Shown: positions 8,263 through 18,050, numbered from the stretch's first letter. The stretch is DNA of 44,145 nucleotides from an uncultured Chloroflexota bacterium (GCA_903915775.1 CAIWUD010000043.1:1-44145), one strand, 5' to 3'. Notes: generated by a model from the sequence alone, not told the origin. Made by a program: numbers and translations.

Positions 8263-9890
8263 TACTCGGTCACCACCGTAAGGAGGTTGGTTGCGGGATC
8301 GTAGGAGAAGGAGACTTCGCCATCCGCCTTGAGCGTGAACTTGATATTATCACCGCCAGCCTTGCCATCAACGCCATAGTTGGTGTTCCATGAGCCATCG
8401 AGTGCGACCTTGACCTCATAGTCGCCTGCGGGCAGTTTGAAGGGCCCAGAGCGGTAGCTATTGCCATCATCGCTCTTCTGCATCGCCGTAGCCTGGCAAT
8501 CGGGCTGCCAGTCGCCACTACAGCCAGCCTTGGCCTGGTACGATCCTGGTGCATTTACCATTCCGGTCAGCGGGTTAGCAATGACATCACGGATCTTCTT
8601 TGCTGCGTCCTGCATCGCGACATCAGATGCCTGCTTGCCGGTGACGACGAGGGTTACGGCATCACCCCAGGAGCCCCAAACCGAACCCATTTCCGGGATG
8701 TTGGGCATGGGGACCGCGTCGACGCCAGCCTGACCGAAGGCGAGCAGATCCGCATTCGTGTTCTGCTCAAAGATCGGTTTGTAGGCCGAAGCCTTCATCT
8801 CATCAGCCGATATCTGCGCCATAACCTCCTCGGTAGCAACATACTCGGTCAGGAAGGTCTGGGCCAGCAGCACATTCGGGCTCTTCGCATTGACCATAAA
8901 CCCATAGACACCCGAGAATGGTGCGCCATTCTCAGGGAAGTTCGTGATGGCGTAGGGTACACCTGAGGTGATGATCGTGGACAGATTCCAGGGGCCACTG
9001 ATCAGGAAGGGGAGTTTACCCTCGGTGAAGAGCTGCAGGGCAGTTGCACCATCCAGTGGTGAGGGGAGACAGCCATTCTTGACGTTATCTTCGATGAACT
9101 TGACGGCCTTGACCGCCCCCTGGTTATCCAGCCCCAGATCTTGTGGGTTATAGTTGCCCTGGGCATCTCTACCGAAGACATAGCCGCCGAACGAAGTGTA
9201 GAGCGCATATGCATGGTAGTTGCCATCGGGCAGACCGAGGCAGTAGCTAACCTTCTGCTCTTCCTGGAGTTTCTTACCAGTCGCGATCAACTCGTCCCAG
9301 GTTTGGGGAAGGCTCGTGACCAGATCCTTGTTGTAAAATAGAGCTACATTCTCTACCACATAGGGCATCCCATACAGAGTATCATCGATCGTGAAGGCAC
9401 TCAAGGCGGAAGGCAGGAACATCTCCTGCTGCTCACCGAGATCGAGGGGGGCGATCAGGCCATTGGCAACCAGCACTGCGCCCTGATCGTGCGGGACGAT
9501 GATAATGTCGGGGCCTTCACCGGTGGGGGCAGCAGTCTGGAACTTATCACGGATCTGACCGAAACTGGTAATCTGGATATCGATTTTGACATTGTACTTG
9601 GCCAAGAAGTCATCGGCCACCTTCTGGAATACGGGTGCCTTCGGCGCGTCCACCCAGAGAACCAGGGTTGCGGCGGGTGCGGGGGGGGTGGTCGGTGCGG
9701 CGGGTACGGGGGTGGCCGTTGGTGCGGCGGGTGCAGGGGTGGCCGTCGGTGCGGCGGGTGCGGGGGTGGCTGTCGCTTCAGCAACCTTCGTCTCCGCAGG
9801 GGGCTGAGAGGCTGTGCCGCCGCCGCAGGCGATCAACAGCAGCGAAGCCGCAACGAGCAACAACAACACGAGACTGGCTTTCCGGAACAT
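8262..9890 (-). CDS. malE: maltose/maltodextrin-binding lipoprotein fused to a C-terminal X25-like starch-binding domain
   Basis: Lipobox LLLIAC, PA/T linker, GPDIIIVPHD, ISGPWNL, PMPNIPEMGSVW; C-terminal PGSYQ..GC.GDWQPDC...LPAGDYEVKVAL.GSW..NYG. Confidence 0.85.
   Translation of the reverse strand: MFRKASLVLLLLVAASLLLIACGGGTASQPPAETKVAEATATPAPAAPTATPAPAAPTATPVPAAPTTPPAPAATLVLWVDAPKAPVFQKVADDFLAKYNVKIDIQITSFGQIRDKFQTAAPTGEGPDIIIVPHDQGAVLVANGLIAPLDLGEQQEMFLPSALSAFTIDDTLYGMPYVVENVALFYNKDLVTSLPQTWDELIATGKKLQEEQKVSYCLGLPDGNYHAYALYTSFGGYVFGRDAQGNYNPQDLGLDNQGAVKAVKFIEDNVKNGCLPSPLDGATALQLFTEGKLPFLISGPWNLSTIITSGVPYAITNFPENGAPFSGVYGFMVNAKSPNVLLAQTFLTEYVATEEVMAQISADEMKASAYKPIFEQNTNADLLAFGQAGVDAVPMPNIPEMGSVWGSWGDAVTLVVTGKQASDVAMQDAAKKIRDVIANPLTGMVNAPGSYQAKAGCSGDWQPDCQATAMQKSDDGNSYRSGPFKLPAGDYEVKVALDGSWNTNYGVDGKAGGDNIKFTLKADGEVSFSYDPATNLLTVVTE
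9670..9775 (-). repeat. 27-bp coding tandem repeat (PAAPTATPA linker) in malE
   Basis: GGTGCGGCGGGTGC(A/G)GGGGTGGCCGT-type units repeated about 4 times. Confidence 0.7.
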
Positions 9891-9912
9891 CTGCTCACTC
9901 CTTTGTTCGGTT

Positions 9913-10015
9913 GGGCTGGTTCAAAGGTGGCTGCACCAGCATGGCCGTCTGGCGTTACGGGGGCGGGGTTTAACGGTCTCTACCGTCAAACGGTCACACT
10001 ACTCTGAACCATGCC
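9913..10015 (-). mobile_element. MITE-like element, internally deleted (no hairpin), in malE leader
   Basis: Ends GGGCTGGTTCA and TGAACCATGCC; GGCTGCACCAGCATGGCCGTCTGGCG aligns to the 37999 copy. Confidence 0.6.
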
Positions 10016-10056
10016 TTGAGTATGGGGACCCTCGGTAGCATACGCCGTGGGCGTTG

Positions 10057-10091
10057 CGCAAACGTTGCGGCCCGGTATGATGAGCGCTCAT
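10057..10091. promoter_or_regulatory. two LacI-family-like operator palindromes
   Basis: CGCAA-ACG-TTGCG (10057-10069) and perfect ATGAGCGCTCAT (10080-10091) between divergent malE and regulator; malE -10 candidate TATGCT at 10042-10037. Confidence 0.45.
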
Positions 10092-10139
10092 GGCGGTGTA
10101 ATTGAGCCAAACGCCGTTCGAAATAGATATAATAGTCGT

Positions 10140-13100
10140 ATGCCACGCCTGACGCTCCACCTTTTCGGCCTACACCGCATTGAATTGGACGGTCGCCCCG
10201 TAGTGACCGACCGTCGCAAGACGCTGGCGCTCTTACTCTACCTAGCGGTGAATGGTCTGGACTACACCCGCGAAGCACTCGCAACTCTACTCTGGCCGAA
10301 CCAGGACACCAGCCGTGTGCTGGCCTACCTGCGTCGTACGCTTTGGGAGATCAACCAGATCTTCGGCCCAGGTTGGATCCATATGAAGCGCGACATCGTC
10401 GGGCTTCACGATGATGCACGGGCAGAGATCTGGATTGATGTGTGCCGTTTTCGTACCCTGGTGGCCCAGAGTCGTACGTGTACGAATCAGCAGGAGGTTA
10501 TCGCACTCTTGGATGAGGCTGTGTCGCTCTACCAGGGCGATTTTCTGGCTGGCTTGAGCCTCAAGGACTCCTCCCTCTACGAGGAGTGGGTCAGCCTGCA
10601 GGCTGAGGCTCTCAAGCGCGACTACTTCCTAGCCCTCGAGACTCTAGCCCAAGCCTGCGCTGGATGTGGTGAAATGAACCGGGCCATCGAGGTGGCCGCT
10701 ACCTGGACAGCCCGCGATACCCTCAACGAGTCGGCACATGGGTTGCTGATGCAGCTCTATGCGCGTAATGGGCAGACCAGTGCTGCTCTGCGCCAATACC
10801 ATGAGTGTGAGCGCCTCCTCGCGCGTGAGTTGGCTCTGGAGCCCTCTGTAGAGACGAAAGCACTCTTCGAACGGCTCAAGACTGATGCGGGACAGAGGGG
10901 TGTGGAACGAATCAGCGGCGGAAGCGGGGCTTCCCCACGCCACACGTTGCCCGCCTCCCCCTATGCCACCTCATTCTTTGGTCGACGCAACGAACTGGTC
11001 GAGATCGGAGCCCTGCTACGCGACCCGCAGGTACGCCTCGTCACCATTTTGGGGCCAGGTGGGGTGGGGAAGACGCGTTTAGCACTGGAAGTGGGTCGCC
11101 TCCAGAGCTCCGCTTTTGCCGACGGGGTCTGTTTTGTCCCTCTGGCCGCAGTATTGCAGCACGCCTATACGGTTCCGTCGATTGCCGATGCGCTTGGTGT
11201 ACGTTTCACCGCCTCCGAAACACGCTCGCAACTCGAGCAACTGACGGAGTTTCTCGCCCCCCGCCATCTGCTGCTGATCCTCGATAATCTGGAGCAACTC
11301 CAGGCGGGGTCGTCTGCCCTCCCTAGGCTAGTTGAGGCGCTACTGGTGGCTGCCCCCGATCTGACGATCCTGGTCACCTCTCACGAGCGGCTCAACCTCA
11401 GGCAGGAGTGGGTAGTGAGCTTGGGAGGAATGCCGGTGCCATCTGCTGATGCCCACGATTGGGAGCAGTACAGCGCGGTACAACTCTTCATCCAGAACGC
11501 ACGTAAGGCGGCCAGTGGGTTGCAGCTGGACGAAGCGGATCGGCGCGCCATTTGTCGTATCTGCCGGTTGGTGGATGGATTACCTCTGGGGTTGGAGTTA
11601 GCCGCTGCATGGGCACGAATCCTCTTATGCGAGGAGATCGCGACAGAGATCGAGCGCGGGCTAGACTTTTTGCAAACACCCTTCAAAAACGTGGTCGATC
11701 GCCACCAGAGTCTGCGTGCTGCGTTCGAGTACGCGTGGAGTTTTCTGAGCACAACAGGACAACAGGCCCTGATGCAGCTCGCTGTCTTTCGTGGCGGATT
11801 TCGCCTTGAAGCGTCATACCATGTCGCTGATGCTGGACTGCCTATCTTGGCAGAACTAGCCGACAAATCCTTTATCCGGCGCGACGAGGGTGGTCGTTTC
11901 GATATTCACCAGGCGCTCAAGCCATTTGTCCAAGAGAAACTGGCCAACGTTCCCGCGCAACATGCCGAAACGGTGGCCCGGCATAGCCGCTACTTTGCCG
12001 TATTCACCGATGAACATCGTCTGGCCCTTCGCGGTCACGGGCAACGCGCCGCGCTCGACGCCCTGACCGTGGAACTGGATAACATTCTGCTGGGATGGAG
12101 TTGGGCCATCACGCAGGGTAGCGAACAGGTGGTGCAGTTCTACTACGAGGGTCTCCTGCGACACTTCGATCTGCGTAACCGGTTTCACGATGGTGAGGCC
12201 CTCTTTCGGCAGGCGAGCGAACAGTGGCAGCTACGCTTTGGGAGCGAAAATGCTCCATTTGGCCTGCTCTTAGCCTGCCATGCCCTATTTTGCAACCGTC
12301 TCAGTCGGGTTGCACAGGCACACCAACTCCTGCTACGCAGCCTGGAACTTTTGCGTCGCCTCGATGCCCGGCCACAGCTGATGTTTGTCAATAGCCTGGT
12401 ACTCTCGATCGTTCCCTTTGCGAACAATATGGCTGAAATCGAGCGTATTGCGCAGGAGAGTCTAACCTACTACCAGGAGCAGCACGACCGTTGGGGTATG
12501 GCTCAGATACTGCCGTTCTTCCACCGCATCAAAACTCCGCAGGGCCTACAGGATGCCATTCGGTTGCACAATGAAACCTTGGCGATCTACCGTGAAACGG
12601 GCGATTCCACCGGCTTGGCGACGACCCTCACCTCTCTCGGTGAGCTGCTGCACTACGCCGGTGACTACGAACATGCCCGACACTGCCACCAGTCGGCTCT
12701 AGAGCTTGCGCGGGAGCTCAACAACCGCCATGCTATTGCCGCGAGCCTGGACTATCTCGGCTTCATCAACCGTCGGCGGGGGGATTTTGCACTAGCTCGG
12801 GGCCAGCACGAGGAGAGCATGGAGCTTTCACGGGAGTTGGGTGATGCGTTGGGCATAGCTGGCTCTCTCGATAACCTTGGCCTCATCTGCCTTGACCAGC
12901 GAAACTACCAGGAAGCCATGGGCCTCTTCCAGGCTGCCCTGCCCCTGCGCCGTGAGTCGGGCCAACTGGGTGCAGTGGCGGTCTCCCTCGAACATATTGC
13001 TACTGCTGCCCTTGGTATGGAGGAGTTTGCCCTGGCTGAGGTTGCGCTCCGAGAAGCCCTTGCTATTCTCGCCCATGAACCGGAGTGGAAGCTCACCTCC

Positions 13101-13412
13101 CATGCGCTCAACCGCCTTGGCGATCTCGAACTGGCCCGTGGCAATATCGGTGAGGCTGAAACACACTACCGTGCTGCGCTCAGCCAGGCCCGTGCCCACG
13201 AGAGTATCACCGTGCTTCTCGATACGCTGCTCCGCCTCTCTGTTCTTGCCACCCTTCAAGGAGATCTTGGCCAGGCGGTGGAGTTGGCCGTCCATGTGCA
13301 GCAGCATCCCGCCACGGGGTTTGCTCTCAAGGCAGATGCGCATGAACAGTTGCTGCAGTTACAGCACATGGGTGTACACATACCTATAGTGCCAGCTACA
13401 GCTAGTGGCTGA
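10140..13412 (+). CDS. AfsR/SARP-type STAND transcriptional regulator (wHTH-BTAD, NB-ARC ATPase, TPR)
   Basis: N-terminal RLTLHLFG..REALATLLWP, BTAD (LYQGDFL, ESAHGLLMQLY), Walker A GPGGVGKT, Walker B LLILDNLE, GLPL, TPR repeats; ATG 10140 lies 6 nt after TATAAT. Confidence 0.88.
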   Translation: MPRLTLHLFGLHRIELDGRPVVTDRRKTLALLLYLAVNGLDYTREALATLLWPNQDTSRVLAYLRRTLWEINQIFGPGWIHMKRDIVGLHDDARAEIWIDVCRFRTLVAQSRTCTNQQEVIALLDEAVSLYQGDFLAGLSLKDSSLYEEWVSLQAEALKRDYFLALETLAQACAGCGEMNRAIEVAATWTARDTLNESAHGLLMQLYARNGQTSAALRQYHECERLLARELALEPSVETKALFERLKTDAGQRGVERISGGSGASPRHTLPASPYATSFFGRRNELVEIGALLRDPQVRLVTILGPGGVGKTRLALEVGRLQSSAFADGVCFVPLAAVLQHAYTVPSIADALGVRFTASETRSQLEQLTEFLAPRHLLLILDNLEQLQAGSSALPRLVEALLVAAPDLTILVTSHERLNLRQEWVVSLGGMPVPSADAHDWEQYSAVQLFIQNARKAASGLQLDEADRRAICRICRLVDGLPLGLELAAAWARILLCEEIATEIERGLDFLQTPFKNVVDRHQSLRAAFEYAWSFLSTTGQQALMQLAVFRGGFRLEASYHVADAGLPILAELADKSFIRRDEGGRFDIHQALKPFVQEKLANVPAQHAETVARHSRYFAVFTDEHRLALRGHGQRAALDALTVELDNILLGWSWAITQGSEQVVQFYYEGLLRHFDLRNRFHDGEALFRQASEQWQLRFGSENAPFGLLLACHALFCNRLSRVAQAHQLLLRSLELLRRLDARPQLMFVNSLVLSIVPFANNMAEIERIAQESLTYYQEQHDRWGMAQILPFFHRIKTPQGLQDAIRLHNETLAIYRETGDSTGLATTLTSLGELLHYAGDYEHARHCHQSALELARELNNRHAIAASLDYLGFINRRRGDFALARGQHEESMELSRELGDALGIAGSLDNLGLICLDQRNYQEAMGLFQAALPLRRESGQLGAVAVSLEHIATAALGMEEFALAEVALREALAILAHEPEWKLTSHALNRLGDLELARGNIGEAETHYRAALSQARAHESITVLLDTLLRLSVLATLQGDLGQAVELAVHVQQHPATGFALKADAHEQLLQLQHMGVHIPIVPATASG

Positions 13413-13472
13413 TACTCTCCACCCTAACAGGTGCGGGATTCGCGGCTCTCAGGCCCGCCTAACCGCAGAGCC

Positions 13473-15929
13473 TCACGGCCAACGGTAGGGGGTACCAGGT
13501 GGCAAGCGCAGACTCTCTTCACCCAAGCGACCCAGTCTTAGCACATCACCGTCCTGGTCGCGCTCCAGGCGTGCCCCTTCACTCCACTGCACCAGCCAGC
13601 CGTTACGCAGCAGTTCACCACTGATTGGCAAGCCCAGTTCGACGAAGCGATCCGGTGCAGTGGCAAAGCTCTCACAGAAGCGCTCACCTATTGCGGTGCC
13701 ATCAGCACACTGTTCACCCCGCGTCGTCTCGGCCAGGTAGAGCCGTTGACCGAGTGGGCGGATACGCACCTGATCCGCGTGTAGTTCGAGGCAGAGCTGC
13801 GCGAAGCACTGCAGTCTTCCCCAGGCAAAAGGCACTACGGGGGTCAGCGGTAGTCCCGCTCGCTCGATAGCACCTAACTCAGCCCAGGCTTGCAACAGCC
13901 GCGCCGGGACAAACTGGCTACTCTCCTCGAAGAGCATTCCCCCTTGCCACCCCACCTCGATCATGGTGAGAGGTCGTGTCACCACCCCATCCTCCCCCGC
14001 TGCCCGTAGCCCCACCTCAAGTTGGTAGCGCCCATCGAGGAGTTCGGCTGGCAGAGCCATTGGCTGCAGGTGGCGTACCGCTGAACCCAGCGGCCATGCC
14101 GTGGCTGGGTAGGCACCGTAGAGGAGTGGGCGCTCATCCTCGAGCAACAGTGCACCTTCTGGGCTGGTCAGCCGCACCAGGAGGTGGAGTTCGGTGGTAG
14201 GAAGTGCACTCTCTAACCGCTGCCACTCCAGCCCAAGGGTGATCAGTTCACCTGGCTCATAGGTTACACCGACGGGGGGCGTGATGCTGAACTGTTTCAA
14301 CTCTAGACCAGCCGCGATAACCGTACCAGGGGCGAGGGGTTGGGACGGGCCAGTGGCAATGGGACGGTAGAGATCGAGTGTGCCAAGTGAGCCATCATGG
14401 GCATAACTGCGCTGCAAGAGTGTGATCACCCCTGGGGTGAGCCAGTTGCCTAGGTAGTCGATGACGGCAAGGGGGAGGGTGCCATTTGCCAGTTCGTGGA
14501 GGAGCGCCTGCTCATCAGCCAGCCCTTGATCGAGGAGTTGACGTGCCTCAAATACCTGGAGGCGCAACTCAACCCCGGCTGCAGCAGCCGTCCCGGGGAG
14601 ATCACTGAAAATACGTGGTCCCGCTGCCTGTACCTCGGTGACGAGTGCCGCTCCAATGCGACTCTGGGCAGCGAGAAGCTCAGCCTCACGTGCCATGTCG
14701 GCCCAGAGGCCGTAGCGTCCGAAGGCGAGCCGGGGTGGGCTGGGCTCAATCAGCCCCGCTGGACGCAGCCGTGTGGCATCCCAGAGCGGCGGGTAGTAGA
14801 GCAGCGACAGGCTGAGCAGGCCGAGGATCAGGAGTTGAGCAGTCTGCACCACGGTGGACATGGCTCCCGCTGGCACGCTCCGCTCCTCCATGTGGAGCAG
14901 CCCATAGGTCGCCAGCCAGATCAGTCCGGCGTAGAGCTCGAGAAAGTAGTTGCTGTAGGCTCCAACTTTCCCTACACCAACAGCGGTCACCACTCCTAGG
15001 AGGGTGTAGAGCAGTGGCAGTGCCAGGGGCTGATCCCGCCGCAGCCAGCGTAGGGCGACCAGACTCCCCACTGCTGCCGCACCGAGGGCCCAACGGAGCG
15101 TGATCTGCTGACGCCAGAAGCCTTGGGCGAGGTCTAATTCCCAACGGTTGGCGTTGGCGGCAACGACATGGAGGGCAAACCAGCCGCCACTGGCCCACTG
15201 GAGGAGCATGAAGAGCCCTCCCCCTACCAGGGCCATGGTCGCAAGGAGTCTGCCCAGCGCGATCGCTGCGCCACGACGAGCCTCGGGCGCTGCCCGCACG
15301 AGGCGCCAGAGCAGCCAGAGCGCTGCAGCACCCGGTGCAGCCAGGAGTGAGGGCTTGACAAAGAGCGCCGCAGTCAACAGCAGACCTACAGCCAGTAGCC
15401 GACGTGGGCCCGGGTGTGGTTCACGTATGAGCAGCAGGAGGGCCCACAATCCCAGGCAGAGCCCAAGCATATCCACCCGCATCAGCACCGCCCACTCGCG
15501 GACAATCGGCACACTCAGGAAGAGGAGCGCCAACAGGAGCGCTGGGCGGCGCCGATCAGGCCCGGGGGCGGCGAGGAGGCCCAGGGCGATAACCGTACCA
15601 AGGGTCGAGAGGAGAGCGATCAGACGTCCGGCGAGCAGCGCTGAACCGGTCAGTTGGGCGAGCCCGGCAGTGAGCAAGAGGTAGAGGGGGGGATAGTTGA
15701 CGATCTGAAAGGGTGGCTCGGCGGGATCACGGTAGAGTTGCCAGATGGGCGTACCTGCACGCAGCCGGTCGACCTGAGCGAGTAGTGGTCCCTCTCCGTA
15801 GTCGATCGGGAAGGCGAACCGCAGGAGTTGGTACGCGTGATCGAAGAAGTAGAAGAGGTAGAGCCCGGCGAGCAGGGCGAGGATGATCTGGGCGATACGT
15901 ACGGGTAGTTGGAACGATGGGATCTTCAT
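13473..15929 (-). CDS. polytopic GT-C (ArnT/PMT-like) membrane glycosyltransferase with extracytoplasmic domains
   Basis: DYGEG, NYPPLY, RVDML, VKPS, KVGAYSNYFLE motifs in about 10 TM helices; C-terminal Ig-like and G.P(L/I)(S/T)..Q.F repeat domains. Confidence 0.6.
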   Translation of the reverse strand: MKIPSFQLPVRIAQIILALLAGLYLFYFFDHAYQLLRFAFPIDYGEGPLLAQVDRLRAGTPIWQLYRDPAEPPFQIVNYPPLYLLLTAGLAQLTGSALLAGRLIALLSTLGTVIALGLLAAPGPDRRRPALLLALLFLSVPIVREWAVLMRVDMLGLCLGLWALLLLIREPHPGPRRLLAVGLLLTAALFVKPSLLAAPGAAALWLLWRLVRAAPEARRGAAIALGRLLATMALVGGGLFMLLQWASGGWFALHVVAANANRWELDLAQGFWRQQITLRWALGAAAVGSLVALRWLRRDQPLALPLLYTLLGVVTAVGVGKVGAYSNYFLELYAGLIWLATYGLLHMEERSVPAGAMSTVVQTAQLLILGLLSLSLLYYPPLWDATRLRPAGLIEPSPPRLAFGRYGLWADMAREAELLAAQSRIGAALVTEVQAAGPRIFSDLPGTAAAAGVELRLQVFEARQLLDQGLADEQALLHELANGTLPLAVIDYLGNWLTPGVITLLQRSYAHDGSLGTLDLYRPIATGPSQPLAPGTVIAAGLELKQFSITPPVGVTYEPGELITLGLEWQRLESALPTTELHLLVRLTSPEGALLLEDERPLLYGAYPATAWPLGSAVRHLQPMALPAELLDGRYQLEVGLRAAGEDGVVTRPLTMIEVGWQGGMLFEESSQFVPARLLQAWAELGAIERAGLPLTPVVPFAWGRLQCFAQLCLELHADQVRIRPLGQRLYLAETTRGEQCADGTAIGERFCESFATAPDRFVELGLPISGELLRNGWLVQWSEGARLERDQDGDVLRLGRLGEESLRLPPGTPYRWP

Positions 15930-15962
15930 GAGCGCATAGTATCGTGCTTGTCTGCCAGATCC

Positions 15963-16982
15963 CTACGCATCTGCCCGCAGCACAATCTGCAGCAGACCGG
16001 GTGGCTTACGATCCAGCAGTTGGTAGGCTTTCTCCGCCTCACTCAGCGCCATCCGGTGGCTGATGAGCTCGGTCAGGCGCAGATGGGGTAATAGCGCGGC
16101 CACGGTCGTGGCACGCCGTCCGTGGTCCCAGCGTGGCCAGGTCTCCGGTGCGAGCTTGCCCACCTGCGACGAGCGGAGGGTCAGGCGGCCACGGTGGAAG
16201 CGCGCCCCCAGGTCGAGGTGCACTGGCTTGTGGCCATACCAGGAAGCCACCACCACTACTCCCTCGTCGAGCAGCAACTCAAGTGCCATCTGCAATGCGC
16301 TTGGTGCACCGCTCACTTCAACCACCAGATCAGCTAGGCGACCATTGTTGTGGGCCCGTAACTGCTCACTCACCTCATGAGTGGGCTCGAGGGCAGCTAC
16401 CGCACCAGAACGGAGGGCTAAGGCCCGTCGGTGTGGGTCGGGCTCAACGGCTATCACACGCGCACCGGCCAGACTCAGCATCTGGGTCGTCAGGAGGCCA
16501 ACCACCCCCTGGCCAATCACCACCACGCTCTCCCCCAGGCGCGGTGCGGCGTCGTGGGTGATGTTGAGTGCCGTTTCGGCATTCGCATAGAAGAGGCCAA
16601 GCTCGGGGTCGAGCCCCGCGGGTAAGGGGATAGCCAGATAGGCCGGAAGGATGTAGCAACTCTGGTGGGGGTGAAGGGCAAAGATGAGTTGCCCCGGCAC
16701 GAGATGGGTAACCCCAGCCCCAACGTCGATCACCCGTCCAACGCTGGCATAGCCATACTTGATCGGAAAGGCGAAACTCCCAGCGAGGGTGGGCAGATCG
16801 AGCGGCAACCCTGGGTCAACCTGGCCACGGTAGACGAGGAGCTCGGTGCCGTGGCTAATGGCTGAGGCGATTGCTGCCACCCGTACCTGGTCTGGTCCAG
16901 GTAATGGTACAAGCTCCTCGCGCAACGCAACCTGGCGCGGTGCAGTGAACCAGACAGCATGGGCTGTGTGCATGCTCCTCAT
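15963..16982 (-). CDS. MDR-family (zinc-binding alcohol dehydrogenase-like) oxidoreductase
   Basis: SAISHGTE, YGYASVG, Rossmann GQGVVG, ASWYG, FHRGRL.LRSSQV; ATGA overlap with upstream gene. Confidence 0.82.
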   Translation of the reverse strand: MRSMHTAHAVWFTAPRQVALREELVPLPGPDQVRVAAIASAISHGTELLVYRGQVDPGLPLDLPTLAGSFAFPIKYGYASVGRVIDVGAGVTHLVPGQLIFALHPHQSCYILPAYLAIPLPAGLDPELGLFYANAETALNITHDAAPRLGESVVVIGQGVVGLLTTQMLSLAGARVIAVEPDPHRRALALRSGAVAALEPTHEVSEQLRAHNNGRLADLVVEVSGAPSALQMALELLLDEGVVVVASWYGHKPVHLDLGARFHRGRLTLRSSQVGKLAPETWPRWDHGRRATTVAALLPHLRLTELISHRMALSEAEKAYQLLDRKPPGLLQIVLRADA

Positions 16983-17641
16983 GGGTAGACCAGATCGCCT
17001 TCAATGATCTGATCGGCACCGAGCGCGGTCACCCGTACGCCACTCAGATGGTAGGCATCGGCTAGGCGGCTAATTCCCAGATCACCGATGGCACTCAACC
17101 CCTCACCAAGGATCTTGGGGGCAACACAGACAACCATGCGGCTGGCCAGCCGAGCGCGCAGGAGTGCGGTGATGAGCCGCGATCCCCCCTCAACCATCAG
17201 CGAGGCAATACCCCGCGCAGCCAACTGCTCCAGGAGCAACTGGAGATCGATCCCACCAGCAACCCCTGTAGGCAGTGGGAGGAGGGTAGCCCCCAGGTCT
17301 GTGAGGTGGCGTTGTCGCTCAGGGTCGGCGTAGGGGCCATGGGCGATCAGTGTACCGGACGCGGCACCATCACGGAGCACCGCCGCGCTGCGTGGCGTAC
17401 GTAGGGTCGTATCGACAACGACCCGAAGAGGGTTACGTCCCGGAACAAGGCGCACCGTCAGCCGTGGATCGTCGGCCAACACAGTACCCACACCAACCAT
17501 GATCGCATCATGGCTGGCGCGCAACTCATGGGCCAGGCGGAGCGACTCCGCACCGCTAATCCACTGCGAACTTCCAGTGCGGGTAGCCATGCGCCCATCA
17601 AGGGTCTGGGCGTAGGTGATGGTGATCCGGATGTCAGGCAA
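16979..17641 (-). CDS. RibD C-terminal (pyrimidine reductase / DHFR-like) domain protein
   Basis: YAQTLDGRMAT..G.SQWISG, HELRA.HDAIMVGVGTVLADDPRLTVR, LMVEGGS; reductase domain only; TTG start 6 nt after GGAGG. Confidence 0.85.
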   Translation of the reverse strand: MPDIRITITYAQTLDGRMATRTGSSQWISGAESLRLAHELRASHDAIMVGVGTVLADDPRLTVRLVPGRNPLRVVVDTTLRTPRSAAVLRDGAASGTLIAHGPYADPERQRHLTDLGATLLPLPTGVAGGIDLQLLLEQLAARGIASLMVEGGSRLITALLRARLASRMVVCVAPKILGEGLSAIGDLGISRLADAYHLSGVRVTALGADQIIEGDLVYP

Positions 17642-17678
17642 GGCATCCCTCCACAACTGCTGCTGCTCCTGCGCGTAC

Positions 17679-18050
17679 TCATCCCCTACGGCGCACAATC
17701 TCCACAACTGAGCCTGCAAGAACCGTATCATCAAGACGGACATTTGGCTTGTGGACACGCACCTCGACCGCATGCACCATGGGGTGATCGTCCAGGATCG
17801 CTGCAGCAATCCGCTCAGCAACCGCCTCAGTGAGGTGCAGTGGTGGCCCCTCAACAATGGTGCGGGTGCGCCGGTAGACCGTACTGTAGTCGACCGTGGC
17901 GGTGAGATCATCACCTATCCCGGCGGCGCGGAGATCGAGATGCAGCGCCACATCAACCACAAAGCGCTGGCCAAGGCTCTGCTCCTCTGGGCGAGTGCCA
18001 TGGTAGCCAAAGAAGATCATGCCCTCGAGGCGAATGCGGTCATGTTCCAT
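17679..18050 (-). CDS. folB: dihydroneopterin aldolase
   Basis: FFGYHG..PEE..LGQRFVVD, DDLTATVDYS, LTEAVAERIA, VRVHKP. Confidence 0.9.
   Translation of the reverse strand: MEHDRIRLEGMIFFGYHGTRPEEQSLGQRFVVDVALHLDLRAAGIGDDLTATVDYSTVYRRTRTIVEGPPLHLTEAVAERIAAAILDDHPMVHAVEVRVHKPNVRLDDTVLAGSVVEIVRRRG

Noticed and set aside
15941-15963. Additional MITE end after the MDR TAG (also after 781 and 27195)
   Set aside because: Only about 13/22 identity or less to the left end and no hairpin; too weak to count.
15963-16982. bchC (bacteriochlorophyllide dehydrogenase)
   Set aside because: Same broad MDR group, but no bch genes nearby and the context is folB/ribD-like.
16979-17914. Canonical bifunctional ribD using the full ORF-track length
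   Set aside because: The extension overlaps folB and has no deaminase HAE/PCxxC motif; the TTG at 17641 has a good RBS.
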